The notes under the pieces: generated by a model | What the model was told of the DNA's origin: nothing | The model's database searches: none | What the model saw: the letters and a program-made list of their open reading frames with translations, nothing else | Assembly: GCA_015490465.1 (NCBI GenBank) | Contig: WFXS01000013.1 | Location: forward strand, 1 to 53,926 | Source of the DNA: a candidate division WOR-3 bacterium | GTDB taxonomy: Bacteria; Hydrothermota; Hydrothermia; LBFQ01 | Direction: 5' to 3' | DNA: 53,926 nt | In this document: positions 38,386-48,277 of the stretch, piece after piece | Position numbering within the stretch: position 1 is the first letter of the stretch | Layout of the letters: each line of letters starts with the position of its first letter | Made by a program: the position numbers and the translations under genes

Positions 38386-38959
38386 CCATGGCGTAGGTCT
38401 CGGGGTCGTAAAGGACCACCCGGTCCACCTCAACCGTATCACCGTGGTAGATCACCGTGACCTTAACGTAATGCTCTCCCCTTTCCACGTCCGGTTCCAG
38501 ATACACGTAATCTTTCCCCTTCTCCGTAGCGACCACCTTACCGTCTATGGCCACGTTAACCGATATCTCGCCATCGCCCTGAACGAGGACGTAACCACCC
38601 CAGAGGTCATCAAGCCCCACTATCTCCACCGGTACGGGTGCCTTAGTACCTTCTTCCGTTTCACCGAAGTACCCCTTTACGAGGAAAAGCACGACGAGAA
38701 GGGTGGCAACGGCGATACCGGATAGGGCAAGGGTGAGGACGCGTCCACTGAAACCTCTACGCCTTACGGTGGGCAGGGGCGGAGGGATTACCTCGGAGGC
38801 CGTACCCTCCATCAGGGCAAGGAGATTCCTTTCGTTCTCGTAGATCCTGCGGCACTCCTCACACGTCCGGAGGTGATCCATCACCTCCCTCTTCTCCTCC
38901 CCTTCTAACCTCCCTATGGCTAGAAGCGGTATAAGCTCCTTTATCTCCCTATGGGTCAT
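38369..38959 (-). CDS. Zinc-binding anti-sigma factor (ZAS) with TM segment
   Basis: HLRTCEEC (HxxxCxxC); single TM; directly downstream of the ECF sigma. Confidence 0.85.
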   Translation of the reverse strand: MTHREIKELIPLLAIGRLEGEEKREVMDHLRTCEECRRIYENERNLLALMEGTASEVIPPPLPTVRRRGFSGRVLTLALSGIAVATLLVVLFLVKGYFGETEEGTKAPVPVEIVGLDDLWGGYVLVQGDGEISVNVAIDGKVVATEKGKDYVYLEPDVERGEHYVKVTVIYHGDTVEVDRVVLYDPETYAMATGGE

Positions 38960-39488
38960 TTTTCTCCTCCTTTACAAGCCTTTTAAGTTTCCCCTTCGCC
39001 CTGTTGAGCCGGGACTTCACCGTCCCCATACTCACGCCGAGAGCCTCGGCTATCTCCCTGTAGGTCATCTTCTCAACGTAGAAGAGGTATAGTACTTCCC
39101 TGTAAGGTTCGGGCAGGGAGTAGTAGGCCCTCTTGAAGGCGCTTAGAGGTACGGCGAAGTCAGGAGTCTCCTCTTCGTCATCGTCGTACTCGCCCTCGCT
39201 GGCGAGCAGGGGGTTGTCCAGATCGTCGGCCTCGTCCGAGTACGGCGCCGGCAGTAGGGGAAGGTGGCGGTTCCTGTATGCCCAGTAATCCTTAACGACG
39301 TTTACGGCTATGCTGAAGAGCCACGTTTTAACCGAGGACAGTCCCCTGAATCCTTTGAAACCCTTCAGGGCCTTCAGGAAGACCTCCGACGTGAGGTCAA
39401 GGGCGTCGTTGTAATCTCTGACCTTTGAGTACACGAACCGGAACACGTCCCCATAATGTCTCCGGTAAACCTCTTCAAACGTCACCAT
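38949..39488 (-). CDS. ECF sigma-70 factor
   Basis: DALDLTSEVFLKA, KTWLFSIAVN, YREIAEALGVSMGTVKSRLNRAK. Confidence 0.95.
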   Translation of the reverse strand: MVTFEEVYRRHYGDVFRFVYSKVRDYNDALDLTSEVFLKALKGFKGFRGLSSVKTWLFSIAVNVVKDYWAYRNRHLPLLPAPYSDEADDLDNPLLASEGEYDDDEEETPDFAVPLSAFKRAYYSLPEPYREVLYLFYVEKMTYREIAEALGVSMGTVKSRLNRAKGKLKRLVKEEKNDP

Positions 39489-39520
39489 GGATTAGACCCC
39501 CGCCTGTTCCCATTCTAAAG

Positions 39521-39550
39521 AAGAAAAAGGGGGGGCGATCGCCCCCCTTT
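39521..39550 (-). terminator. Intrinsic terminator after the S8 peptidase gene
   Basis: Minus strand AAAGGGGGGC-GATC-GCCCCCCCTTTTTCTT: GC stem plus U-tract. Confidence 0.8.
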
Positions 39551-39571
39551 AAGACGGTTATGCGTCAGGTA

Positions 39572-41728
39572 TCAGCGGATCGTGATCCTGTAGCTCCGGT
39601 CTCCGCTGACGACGAAGTACACTCCCCTTCCGAGGGTAACCCTCTGGCCGGAGGTAAATCTCCCTATCAGGCGGCCGTCAACCGCGTAAACCTTGGCATC
39701 CTTTGCAAACCGTACGCTTCTTCCCGATACGGTATAAGGGAGATGGTTCACCCTTGACCTCGGAGTCTCCTTAACGGATAGCCCCTCGTCGTTACCGCAC
39801 GGCCCCGCATCCACCACGACGAGGCTGTAGGGCTGAACTCCACCGGGTTTGGGGTTGTTAAGCGCCCTGCCGTAGACCTTCACCCTCCAGGTGCCCCGCT
39901 TCGCGGGAGCGACGTACACGACCTCAACGGGGTTCAGGTAATCCCTGCCGCTGGGGTTGGGTACCGAAACGCCGTCGTTGAAGACGTTACCGTGGTACAC
40001 GTTCCCGTCCGCCCCCTCAACTATCAGGTCAAGGTCGTTCTGGAGGTAGGTGCCGGGTGCGTCCGTCCACACCAGAACTATCTTAACGTAGTCCGTGTAC
40101 ATGGACGTGTTACAGCCAACGGTGACGTCGTAAACTGCCGTATCACCAGCGGATATGCCTATGCTGTCGTCCACCACGAACAGACGATGGCGGTACTCCG
40201 GAGGCATGTCGGCGAAGTAGAGCGCCCGGCTCAGGTTTATACCTCCGAACCCTATCTCGCTGTTCGGTGGCACTGGTTCGTACTCCAGAGGCTGGGCGGA
40301 GGCTATGAGCATGGCCTTAAGCAGGGAACCCTGCGGGATGAAGCCGTTGGCCGTGTCCTTCGTACCGCTCGGATACCACCCCTCACGGAAGTACTGGCGT
40401 ACGAGGAGGGCGGCACCGGCTGCCGCAGGAGCGGCCATAGACGTACCCTGAAAACCGCTACTTACCACGGAGCAGGAGTAGGTCCTGTCCGTACGGTTCC
40501 GGGCGGACGCTATGAAGGAGGGTGAGTAGTTGTAGTCTCCTCCGGGGGTCAGGATCTCAGGTTTGATTCTGCCGTCGTATGTGGGACCCTGCGACGAGTA
40601 GTAGGCGCGACGCTCGTGGGGTTTGGTGAACTCGTCAAAGGCACCCGTTGCTCCCACCGTAAGGGCGTTCTTGGCCGTAGCAGGAGACCCCACAGTACCG
40701 TCCTCAGACGCACCGGAGGAACTGCTGTTGCCGGAAGAAATAGAGACGAGAGCATCGGGATTGTCCCACATAAAGGCGTCTACGTCACGGGCTGAGGAAC
40801 TGTAGGTGTTGAAGGAGGAACCCCAGGAGAAGTTTATCACCCTCGCCCCACGGGTGTAGAAGTCGGTCAGGATATCGTATATAGACGAGCTGTAACATAC
40901 ACTACCGCAGCTACCACAGGAGGGCCCTCCGGCATCTCCGAATACGATTTTGGCACCGTAGGCCATACCCTTGTAGTTGTAGAAGATGGCACTTGCAGAA
41001 TCAGGATTACCGAGGAAAGTGCCGCTCACGTGCGTTCCGTGGGAATAGCTGCACGATGCGAAATCGTCGGCATAGCTGGATAACACCATGTAATCCAGAA
41101 CCTTCCTGTGGGTGGGTCCGGGGGTTATCACAGTAGTATCCCTGAAGAAGCAGGAGTAGTAGTCCAGGCCTGTATCCATAACACCACCGATTTCACCCTC
41201 ACCGTTTATACCGTGCGCCCATACGAGAGAATCCCCTTCAACGCGGGTCTGTATGTACCATCGGGTGTTGTTGTTCCAGAGGTACTTTCTCAGGTCCGGT
41301 TCTACCTTAGATACTGCGTCCATGGAGGCCAGACGGCGGGCCACGTAGAGGGCGTCACCCGGAGGAACGGAGACTTTAAAGCGCGGCATGTGGGACGATG
41401 GGAACCTCTCAGGTGTCAGGCCGAAGGAAGATATGGCGTTGAACAGATCCCCCTCGTCCTCTCCCGGATAACCGGATACTATCAGACGGACCTTACCGTT
41501 GTACACGGCATCCTCTATCTTCCCCTGGTACAGGAGCTCGCTCACCTTCAGGTTCTCCGGAACGGGACGCACGTTCGCCCCACGGAGTTTGAGGCCCTCC
41601 GGGACGTCTGCTATGTACCCGTAACCCGGAACGTATTCGTACACTCGTACACCGTACGATCTCAGAGTTCCGGCATCCACGCCTTCACCGTTGACCAGAA
41701 CCCATCCGCCTATCAGCACCGTAAACAT
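39572..41728 (-). CDS. Secreted subtilisin-like S8 peptidase (KP-43-like) with T9SS-like CTD
   Basis: MDTG, HGTHVSG, GTSMA catalytic triad; SPATAKN; LVWTD/NDLDL domain; CTD VYAVDGRLI...GVYFV. Confidence 0.93.
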   Translation of the reverse strand: MFTVLIGGWVLVNGEGVDAGTLRSYGVRVYEYVPGYGYIADVPEGLKLRGANVRPVPENLKVSELLYQGKIEDAVYNGKVRLIVSGYPGEDEGDLFNAISSFGLTPERFPSSHMPRFKVSVPPGDALYVARRLASMDAVSKVEPDLRKYLWNNNTRWYIQTRVEGDSLVWAHGINGEGEIGGVMDTGLDYYSCFFRDTTVITPGPTHRKVLDYMVLSSYADDFASCSYSHGTHVSGTFLGNPDSASAIFYNYKGMAYGAKIVFGDAGGPSCGSCGSVCYSSSIYDILTDFYTRGARVINFSWGSSFNTYSSSARDVDAFMWDNPDALVSISSGNSSSSGASEDGTVGSPATAKNALTVGATGAFDEFTKPHERRAYYSSQGPTYDGRIKPEILTPGGDYNYSPSFIASARNRTDRTYSCSVVSSGFQGTSMAAPAAAGAALLVRQYFREGWYPSGTKDTANGFIPQGSLLKAMLIASAQPLEYEPVPPNSEIGFGGINLSRALYFADMPPEYRHRLFVVDDSIGISAGDTAVYDVTVGCNTSMYTDYVKIVLVWTDAPGTYLQNDLDLIVEGADGNVYHGNVFNDGVSVPNPSGRDYLNPVEVVYVAPAKRGTWRVKVYGRALNNPKPGGVQPYSLVVVDAGPCGNDEGLSVKETPRSRVNHLPYTVSGRSVRFAKDAKVYAVDGRLIGRFTSGQRVTLGRGVYFVVSGDRSYRITIR

Positions 41729-41761
41729 GACACCGTTATTATAGGGCGGAGAGATAACCCG

Positions 41762-42511
41762 TCAGGAGTAGAAGTACATGGATATGAGGAAGTCGGCCGC
41801 GAGTATCAGGATGGCCGAAGCGACCACGGCGTTCATGGCCGACCTTCCCACGCCCACCGCTCCCCCTCGGGTATAATACCCGAAGTAGCAGCTCACGAGG
41901 GATATGATCACTCCGAAGACGAAGGACTTGGTTCCCCCTACTACGAGGTCTCTGGGTACGAAGCTCCCCTTTATCCCGTTGATCAGGGGGTTCGCGGGCA
42001 GAGAGTAAACGTACACGGTCAGGAAGAGAGCGGCCAGAACGGCTATGAAGGTGGCGACTATGGTGAGCAGGGGTATTGAGATCGTTCCCGCCACTATACG
42101 GGGGAGGACTATGAACCGGTAGGGGTTTATACCCATGACCTCAAGGGCGTCTATCTGCTCGGTTACCCTCATGGTGCCTATCTCGGAGGCCAGACCACCC
42201 CCCACCCTTCCGGCCACGACGAGGGCCGTGAGTACGGGGGCCAGTTCGGTTGAGACGCCCTTCCATATGCCGAGGCCTATGATGTCGGCTGGTACGAAGT
42301 CCTTTATCTGATAGGAGATGAGTACACCTGAGACCAGACCCACGAACGTGGCGCTTCCCATAACTATCGTAAGGGAACCGTAACCTATGGCGGCGATCTG
42401 TCTGACAATTTCACCGAAACTCCTGTGGATCTCCTTTACGGCCTTCAGGGTGTTCCATATGAGGAGGGCGAACTCACCGACGGCCTCTATCCACGAGAGT
42501 ATCAGAGCCAT
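41762..42511 (-). CDS. mlaE: MlaE-family ABC permease
   Basis: ELAPVLTALVVAGRVG, EIGTMRVTEQIDALEVMG, GGAVGVGRS. Confidence 0.93.
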   Translation of the reverse strand: MALILSWIEAVGEFALLIWNTLKAVKEIHRSFGEIVRQIAAIGYGSLTIVMGSATFVGLVSGVLISYQIKDFVPADIIGLGIWKGVSTELAPVLTALVVAGRVGGGLASEIGTMRVTEQIDALEVMGINPYRFIVLPRIVAGTISIPLLTIVATFIAVLAALFLTVYVYSLPANPLINGIKGSFVPRDLVVGGTKSFVFGVIISLVSCYFGYYTRGGAVGVGRSAMNAVVASAILILAADFLISMYFYS

Positions 42512-43848
42512 TTCTCCAGAGAGTTCGTATAGAACTTCCCCTCAAGGAACTCCTTACGTTCAAGTATGCGAAGGTGGAGGGGGATGGTCGTCTTTATTCC
42601 CTCAAGGACGAACTCGTCTAACGCCCTCTTCATCCGCTCTATGGCCTCGCTACGGCTGTTCCCCCACGATATCAGCTTCGCCACCATGGAGTCGTAGTAG
42701 GGGGGTATGACGTACCCCTGGTACACGTGTGAGTCCACCCTTACGCCGAAACCTCCCGGTTTGTGAAGGAGTTCTATCTTTCCCGGCGACGGAGAGAAGT
42801 TGTTTTCGGGGTCCTCGGCGTTTATGCGGGCCTCTATGGAATGCCCCCTTATGGGTATGTCGTCCCCGTTGAAAGGCAGCCTCTCCCCCATGGCCACCAG
42901 TATCTGGGACTTTATTATGTCTACGCCCGTTATCATCTCCGTAACCGGGTGTTCCACCTGCACCCGCGTGTTCATCTCTATGAAGTAGAAGTTTCCGTCC
43001 TCGTCGTAAAGGAACTCCACCGTACCGGCGTTTACGTACCCTATCTCCCTGACGAGCCTGAGGGCGTAATCTATGACCTCTCTACGTTTGTTATCGTCTA
43101 TTGAAGGGCTGGGGGCCTCCTCAAGTATCTTCTGGTGTCTCCTCTGAAGGGAGCATTCCCTCTCGTAGAGGTGGGTGGCGTTGCCGTACTCGTCCCCGAA
43201 GACCTGAACCTCTATGTGCTTGGGCTTCATTATGAACTTCTCAAGGTAGAGGCGACCGTCCCCAAAGGCCGCCTCGGCCTCCGCGGATGCCGAAAGGAAA
43301 CGGTTCTCCATCTCCCTCTCGCTCTCCACCACCCTCATACCCCTGCCACCTCCTCCGGCGGCTGCCTTCAGGAGTACGGGGTACCCTATCTCAGCGGCTA
43401 TCCTTTTGGCCTCCTCAACGCTCTCTATGGGGCTGTCCGTACCGGGGACCAGGGGTACTCCCGCCCTCCGGGCTACCCGCTTGGCCTCCACCTTATCCCC
43501 CATCATCTCAATATGCTCGGCCTTCGGTCCTATGAAGATGAGGTCGTGGGACTCCACTATCCGGGCGAAGGAGGGGTTTTCGGCCAGAAAGCCGTAGCCG
43601 GGGTGTACGGCGTCGGCCCCCCACGCCTCTGCTGCTGCTATTATGTTGGGAATGTTCAAATAGCTCTCCTGCGGGGAAGGTCCCCCTATACGGACGGCGT
43701 AGTCGGCCAGTTGAACGTGGAGGCTATTCTCGTCCGCCTCGCTGTATATGGCGATGGTCTCTATACCGAGTTCCCTCGCAGCGTATATGATGCGTACGGC
43801 TATCTCCCCCCGGTTGGCCACGAGGATACGGGTTATCTCACGGGACAC
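42502..43848 (-). CDS. accC: Acetyl-CoA carboxylase biotin carboxylase subunit
   Basis: ANRGEIAVRI, HPGYGFLAEN, GGGGRGMR, RECSLQRRHQK, EMNTRVQVEHPVTE, YYDSMVAK. Confidence 0.95.
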   Translation of the reverse strand: MSREITRILVANRGEIAVRIIYAARELGIETIAIYSEADENSLHVQLADYAVRIGGPSPQESYLNIPNIIAAAEAWGADAVHPGYGFLAENPSFARIVESHDLIFIGPKAEHIEMMGDKVEAKRVARRAGVPLVPGTDSPIESVEEAKRIAAEIGYPVLLKAAAGGGGRGMRVVESEREMENRFLSASAEAEAAFGDGRLYLEKFIMKPKHIEVQVFGDEYGNATHLYERECSLQRRHQKILEEAPSPSIDDNKRREVIDYALRLVREIGYVNAGTVEFLYDEDGNFYFIEMNTRVQVEHPVTEMITGVDIIKSQILVAMGERLPFNGDDIPIRGHSIEARINAEDPENNFSPSPGKIELLHKPGGFGVRVDSHVYQGYVIPPYYDSMVAKLISWGNSRSEAIERMKRALDEFVLEGIKTTIPLHLRILERKEFLEGKFYTNSLEKWL

Positions 43849-43946
43849 GGTGGCTATTTTAAGCGAGAACCCGCGGATCAGATGCCACCGGTTGCCTTTC
43901 CATAGATTACATGATGGGAAACGTTTACCCCTTTAGAATACCCTCC

Positions 43947-44303
43947 ATGAGCGAACTCTGGAAGCTCGGTATAATGCTCGTTGTAGGTCTTCTGGTCGCC
44001 TACGGTGGCATCCTCGTGTCCCTCGTGCTGGGGCCACGTCGTCCGAGTAAGACGAAGAACTACCCTTACGAATCGGGTATCCAGATAAAGGGAAATGCCC
44101 ACGGTAAGGTGGCCATAAAGTACTTTCTGGTTGCCCTGATCTTCCTCATATTTGACGTTGAGGCGGCCGTACTCTTTCCGTGGGCTGTAAAGGTGGGGGA
44201 TCTGAAACTTATCGCTGCCGTGGAGGGAGGTATTTTTCTGCTCATCCTGATAGTGGCTTATCTGTACGCCCTCGGTAAGGGCGCCATAAAGTGGCTGGAC
44301 TGA
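43947..44303 (+). CDS. nuoA: NADH-quinone oxidoreductase subunit A (orphan)
   Basis: PYESG, YFLVALIFLIFDVE, LFPWA, KGAIKW; start set at ATG 43947, 7 nt after TAGAAT. Confidence 0.92.
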   Translation: MSELWKLGIMLVVGLLVAYGGILVSLVLGPRRPSKTKNYPYESGIQIKGNAHGKVAIKYFLVALIFLIFDVEAAVLFPWAVKVGDLKLIAAVEGGIFLLILIVAYLYALGKGAIKWLD

Positions 44304-44306
44304 GGG

Positions 44307-44645
44307 TTACGCACCCTCAAGGGATCTTTCGGCTTCGTCCACGGTTATCTCGCCTTTTTCAAGCATATTCAGTATATCCGCAACTTCCGTCCGCTCCGCT
44401 CCCTCTGGGGCGATACCCATCGTTTTAAGTATGGCGTGAAACCTTGCCTTTACCGTGGGGAAAGAGAGACCCAGTTCCCTCGCTATATCGGGGAAGTTCC
44501 CCACACTCTTCGGGAACTCAATCAGAGAATCAATCTGATCTTTTTCAAGCCTTTCGGACGGGGGTCCTCCAAAGTACCCTTCCTGCATTTTAGAACCCGA
44601 CAACTAAACCTCATCGCGCAGTGGACACGTTAAGGCGACCCACAC
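44307..44645 (-). pseudogene. DUF2089-family HTH gene, N-terminally broken
   Basis: GNFPDIARELGLSFPTVKARF and ILNMLEKGEITVDEA are DUF2089-like; the N-terminal zinc ribbon survives only as CPL... interrupted by TAG and frameshifts. Confidence 0.6.
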
Positions 44646-44690
44646 GCGTCTGTTATAGTACGAAAGGGGCAACTTTAGAATGCCCGGATT

Positions 44691-45809
44691 ATGGCCGGCA
44701 TACTGACAGTGGTCGTCGTGGTGTTCATCGTGATGATGGGTTTCTCCCTCCTCTTCCCCATACTTCCGTTCTGGGCGTTGAACCTCGGAGCCACCCCCTT
44801 TCAGATCGGTTTAATATTCGCGGCCTATCCCGTAGCCCAGTTCGTCTCCGCACCCCTGTGGGGAAGGTTCTCCGACAGGTTCGGATACAAGTGGGGAATA
44901 ACTATAGGGACGCTCGGTTTTGCCATCACTTCCTTTTTGATACCGCTGATCCCGGCGGTCTGGTACCTGATACTCATAAGGTTCCTCGGCGGCCTGATAT
45001 CCGCCGCCGCCCTTCCCTCCTCCAGTGCCTACATCGGGGCCGTTTCCCCTCCGGATAAGGTCACCCGGAACTTCGGCTTCTACGGCGCCGCCCTCGGCAG
45101 TGGCATGGTGTTCGGCCCATTCCTCGGTGGCCTCGCGGCCAACTTCGGCCTCCTCGTGCCTTTCTTCGTCTCCGGAGCGATAGCCCTGATAGCCTTCACC
45201 GTGGCGCTCTTTACCGTCCGGAACGTTAAGGCCCACCTACCCCGTCGCAGGATCGGTATCCTCTCCCTTCCTGCCGACAAGCGTATTCTGGTGTTCATGG
45301 GTTTTGTGGGTATGCTCATTATGGTCAACTTTGAGGCCATCCTCGCCCTCCTCATAAAGGATAGGTTCGGTCTCGGTGCTAGGGAGGTCGGATACCTGAT
45401 GGGCGTGGCCGGGCTGTTCGGTGCGGCCGTTCAGGGGAACATGGGCAGGATAAGCAGGGTAATACACGAGAAAACGGCGATACTTATCGGTTTACTCGTC
45501 TCAACAGTGATCTCCGTACTGGTTCCCTTCTCACCCAGCTTCTACGCCCTCGGTGCCCTCGTTGTGATCCTCGTTATAGCATCGGGTATAACCCAGCCCT
45601 CCGTCCTCAGTCTGCTCTCCAGAGGTGTAAAGGAGAGGGGTCTGGTCATGGGGACCTACCAGTCGGCCAGTTCCTTCGGCAGGATAGTTGGCCCTCCCAT
45701 AGCCGGATACCTCTACGGTCTCCATTACGCTGCTCCCTTCTTCTGGGCGGCTATCCTCTCCCTATCTACGGCCGCATTCTGGGGACTTTACGGTAGGCAC
45801 GTGGAATGA
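44691..45809 (+). CDS. MFS transporter (TetA/DHA1-like)
   Basis: 12 TM; WGRFSDRFG motif A; GMVFGPFLGG motif C. Confidence 0.9.
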   Translation: MAGILTVVVVVFIVMMGFSLLFPILPFWALNLGATPFQIGLIFAAYPVAQFVSAPLWGRFSDRFGYKWGITIGTLGFAITSFLIPLIPAVWYLILIRFLGGLISAAALPSSSAYIGAVSPPDKVTRNFGFYGAALGSGMVFGPFLGGLAANFGLLVPFFVSGAIALIAFTVALFTVRNVKAHLPRRRIGILSLPADKRILVFMGFVGMLIMVNFEAILALLIKDRFGLGAREVGYLMGVAGLFGAAVQGNMGRISRVIHEKTAILIGLLVSTVISVLVPFSPSFYALGALVVILVIASGITQPSVLSLLSRGVKERGLVMGTYQSASSFGRIVGPPIAGYLYGLHYAAPFFWAAILSLSTAAFWGLYGRHVE

Positions 45810-46813
45810 GGGTTCTGGCCATAGAAACGTCATGTGACGAGACCTCCGCCTCCGTCGTTGAGATGGTGGAGGATAGGTTTGATGTCCTATCCCTCGTCGT
45901 CAGGTCGCAGGTCGTACACGAGGAGTTCGGGGGAATAGTCCCGGAGCTGGCCGCCCGCGCCCACGTTGAGGTCATATACGACGTCGTCAGAAAGTCTCTG
46001 GAAGATGCCGGTGTGCGCCCCGAAAGTCTGGATCTCGTGGCCGCAACCAAAGGACCCGGACTGGCCGCATCCCTGATAGTGGGCGTTCAGTTTGCCAAAA
46101 CGGTCGCCCTCGCCGTCGGAAGGCCGTTCGTCGGGGTCAACCACCTCATAGGTCACGTATACTCGGCGTACCTTACGGATCCCGACCTCCGCCCCCCGTT
46201 CCTCACCCTGATAGTCTCCGGTGGACATACGGAACTCGTCTGGGTGGAGGACTGGTACTCCTTCCGTCTCCTCGGCCATACTCTGGACGACGCCGCCGGC
46301 GAGGCCTTTGACAAGGGGGGAAGGACCCTCGGTCTCGGTTATCCGGCCGGACCCAAGATAGACCGCCTCGCCCGTGAGGGGAACAGGGAGTTTCACCGCT
46401 TTCCCAAACCGAAGATTAAGAGGCGAGGCTACTACTTCAGCTTTAGCGGCCTTAAAACCGCCCTGCTCCACTACGTACGGCAAAAGGGAGAGGATTTCGT
46501 AAAAGAAAATCTGCACCACATAGCAGCATCCTATCAGGAGGCCATAGTCTCCCATCTTCTGGAGGTGGTTGAAAGGGCGGTAAGGGAACTTGATCCCCCG
46601 AGGCTTGCCGTGGTGGGCGGTGTGGCCCTGAACAGCCGTTTGAGGGAGATTTTTACTGAGCGTTTCGGAGATAGGGTACTGTTCTCCGATCCGAAGTACT
46701 GCACGGACAACGCCGCCATGATCGGGGCGGCTGGCCTGAAGAAGTACGAATTGTTCGGCGAGGACGGGCAGGGTGTGGGGGTGTATCCTTATCTCGGAGT
46801 GGTTGAGCCGTAG
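45806..46813 (+). CDS. tsaD: tRNA threonylcarbamoyltransferase TsaD
   Basis: IETSCDETSA, GGIVPELAARAH, NHLIGH, VSGGHT, DDAAGEAFDK, FSFSGLKT, CTDNAAMI. Confidence 0.97.
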   Translation: MRVLAIETSCDETSASVVEMVEDRFDVLSLVVRSQVVHEEFGGIVPELAARAHVEVIYDVVRKSLEDAGVRPESLDLVAATKGPGLAASLIVGVQFAKTVALAVGRPFVGVNHLIGHVYSAYLTDPDLRPPFLTLIVSGGHTELVWVEDWYSFRLLGHTLDDAAGEAFDKGGRTLGLGYPAGPKIDRLAREGNREFHRFPKPKIKRRGYYFSFSGLKTALLHYVRQKGEDFVKENLHHIAASYQEAIVSHLLEVVERAVRELDPPRLAVVGGVALNSRLREIFTERFGDRVLFSDPKYCTDNAAMIGAAGLKKYELFGEDGQGVGVYPYLGVVEP

Positions 46814-47308
46814 TACTATCTCCCCGTATTGGCGGCCATTCTCTTTGAACACGGAACGTATGGGGGCGATCAACCGACATTCGGACCGATAGGATCCTTT
46901 CCCAGAACGTGAAATACTTTGGTATCCAGTGAATAGAAGGACCGGTGGATATGAAATCGTGATGCGGGATTAGCGTATTGGCGGGAATATGTGGATCCGT
47001 CATCGCACCGGTTCCCCGAAAGGATGGAGACTCCGAATACGGGGCATTTCCAAAATTTGAAACCTTCAGACATTTTAATACGCCATACGAGGTATTGCGT
47101 TGATAGAAGGATGACAATTCACCGAAGGTACACATCTTACCCATCCCGGGATACCTCCATCTGAGAAACCACACAGATATTTTATCAGCAAGAAGCATTT
47201 CCGTCCTACTGCTTGTATCATCCCATTCACTGAATACCCGGATGCGGGACATCACCCATGGACGCAATACCGAACAACCTCTTACCGAACCCCCAACGCC
47301 TCAGTCAC

Positions 47309-48109
47309 CTACACCAGATCCTCCCCACCGTCCACCCTTATGACGGCTCCGTTTATCCAGTAGGCCTCCGGACGGGAGAGGAGAGCTATAACGTTTGCCA
47401 CGTCTTCCGTCGTGGTAAGCCTTCCGGAAGGGTTGACGCTCTTCGCCCACTCCAGCATCTTCTCGTGGCCGGGTATCTTCCTGAGGGCGGGCGTATCCGT
47501 TACGCCGGCCTGTATGGCGTTCACCCTTATGCCCTTACTTCCCAGCTCAAAGGCCAGCTGGCGTACGTGAGCCTCAAGGACGGCCTTGGCGGCGGACACC
47601 GGACCGTACGCCGGGTACACCCTGTGGGATCCGGCACTGGTCATGGCGAATACACGGGCGTCCTCGTGGAACAGCCCCGCCCTGTAAACGTCCCTCACCC
47701 AATAGACGAGGGAGTTACCCATTATGTCCAGCGTCATCTCTATGTTCTGGCGCGTAACGTCCTCCTCCGGACTTTCCCCTATGTAGGGTTTCAGGGTACC
47801 GAAGGCGAGGGAGTGCATCATAACCTTTATCTTTCCCCCCTCCTTTCCCGTTATCTCCTTTATCTCCTCTATCACCTTCGCCCTCTTTTTGTCGTCGGCA
47901 GCGTTCGTGTTGAAGTACCTGACCTTTACCCCCTTTGACCTCAGTTCCTCTATCAGAGCCTCAACCTTAGGCATGGCGGCCCTTCTGTCCAGATGGACAC
48001 CGAATACGTTCAGACCGGCCTCGGCGAGCTTCCTGGCCGTTGCCGCACCAAAACCGGAAGATGCTCCGAGGATCAAAGCCCAGTTCGTCCCGTTGTCAAC
48101 CTTTATCAT
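47309..48109 (-). CDS. Enoyl-ACP reductase-like SDR (FabL/FabI type)
   Basis: LGASSGFG, HSLAFG, YGPVSAAK (Yx6K), GVTDTPAL, VDGGE; start set at ATG 48109, 7 nt after TATAAT. Confidence 0.85.
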   Translation of the reverse strand: MIKVDNGTNWALILGASSGFGAATARKLAEAGLNVFGVHLDRRAAMPKVEALIEELRSKGVKVRYFNTNAADDKKRAKVIEEIKEITGKEGGKIKVMMHSLAFGTLKPYIGESPEEDVTRQNIEMTLDIMGNSLVYWVRDVYRAGLFHEDARVFAMTSAGSHRVYPAYGPVSAAKAVLEAHVRQLAFELGSKGIRVNAIQAGVTDTPALRKIPGHEKMLEWAKSVNPSGRLTTTEDVANVIALLSRPEAYWINGAVIRVDGGEDLV

Positions 48110-48277
48110 AGCCGTTATTATACACGGGCAATATGTGGATAGGGCGCTCCGTCTGTACCCCATTGAATCGGACACGGTGCCGTATTTTGATCCGATCTTG
48201 CATTGCTCATCCGCATAGCATCCGGATGTGCCGGAATTTAAAAGCGCCTCTGTTTCCCCCCTTTAAAATACCTCCTT

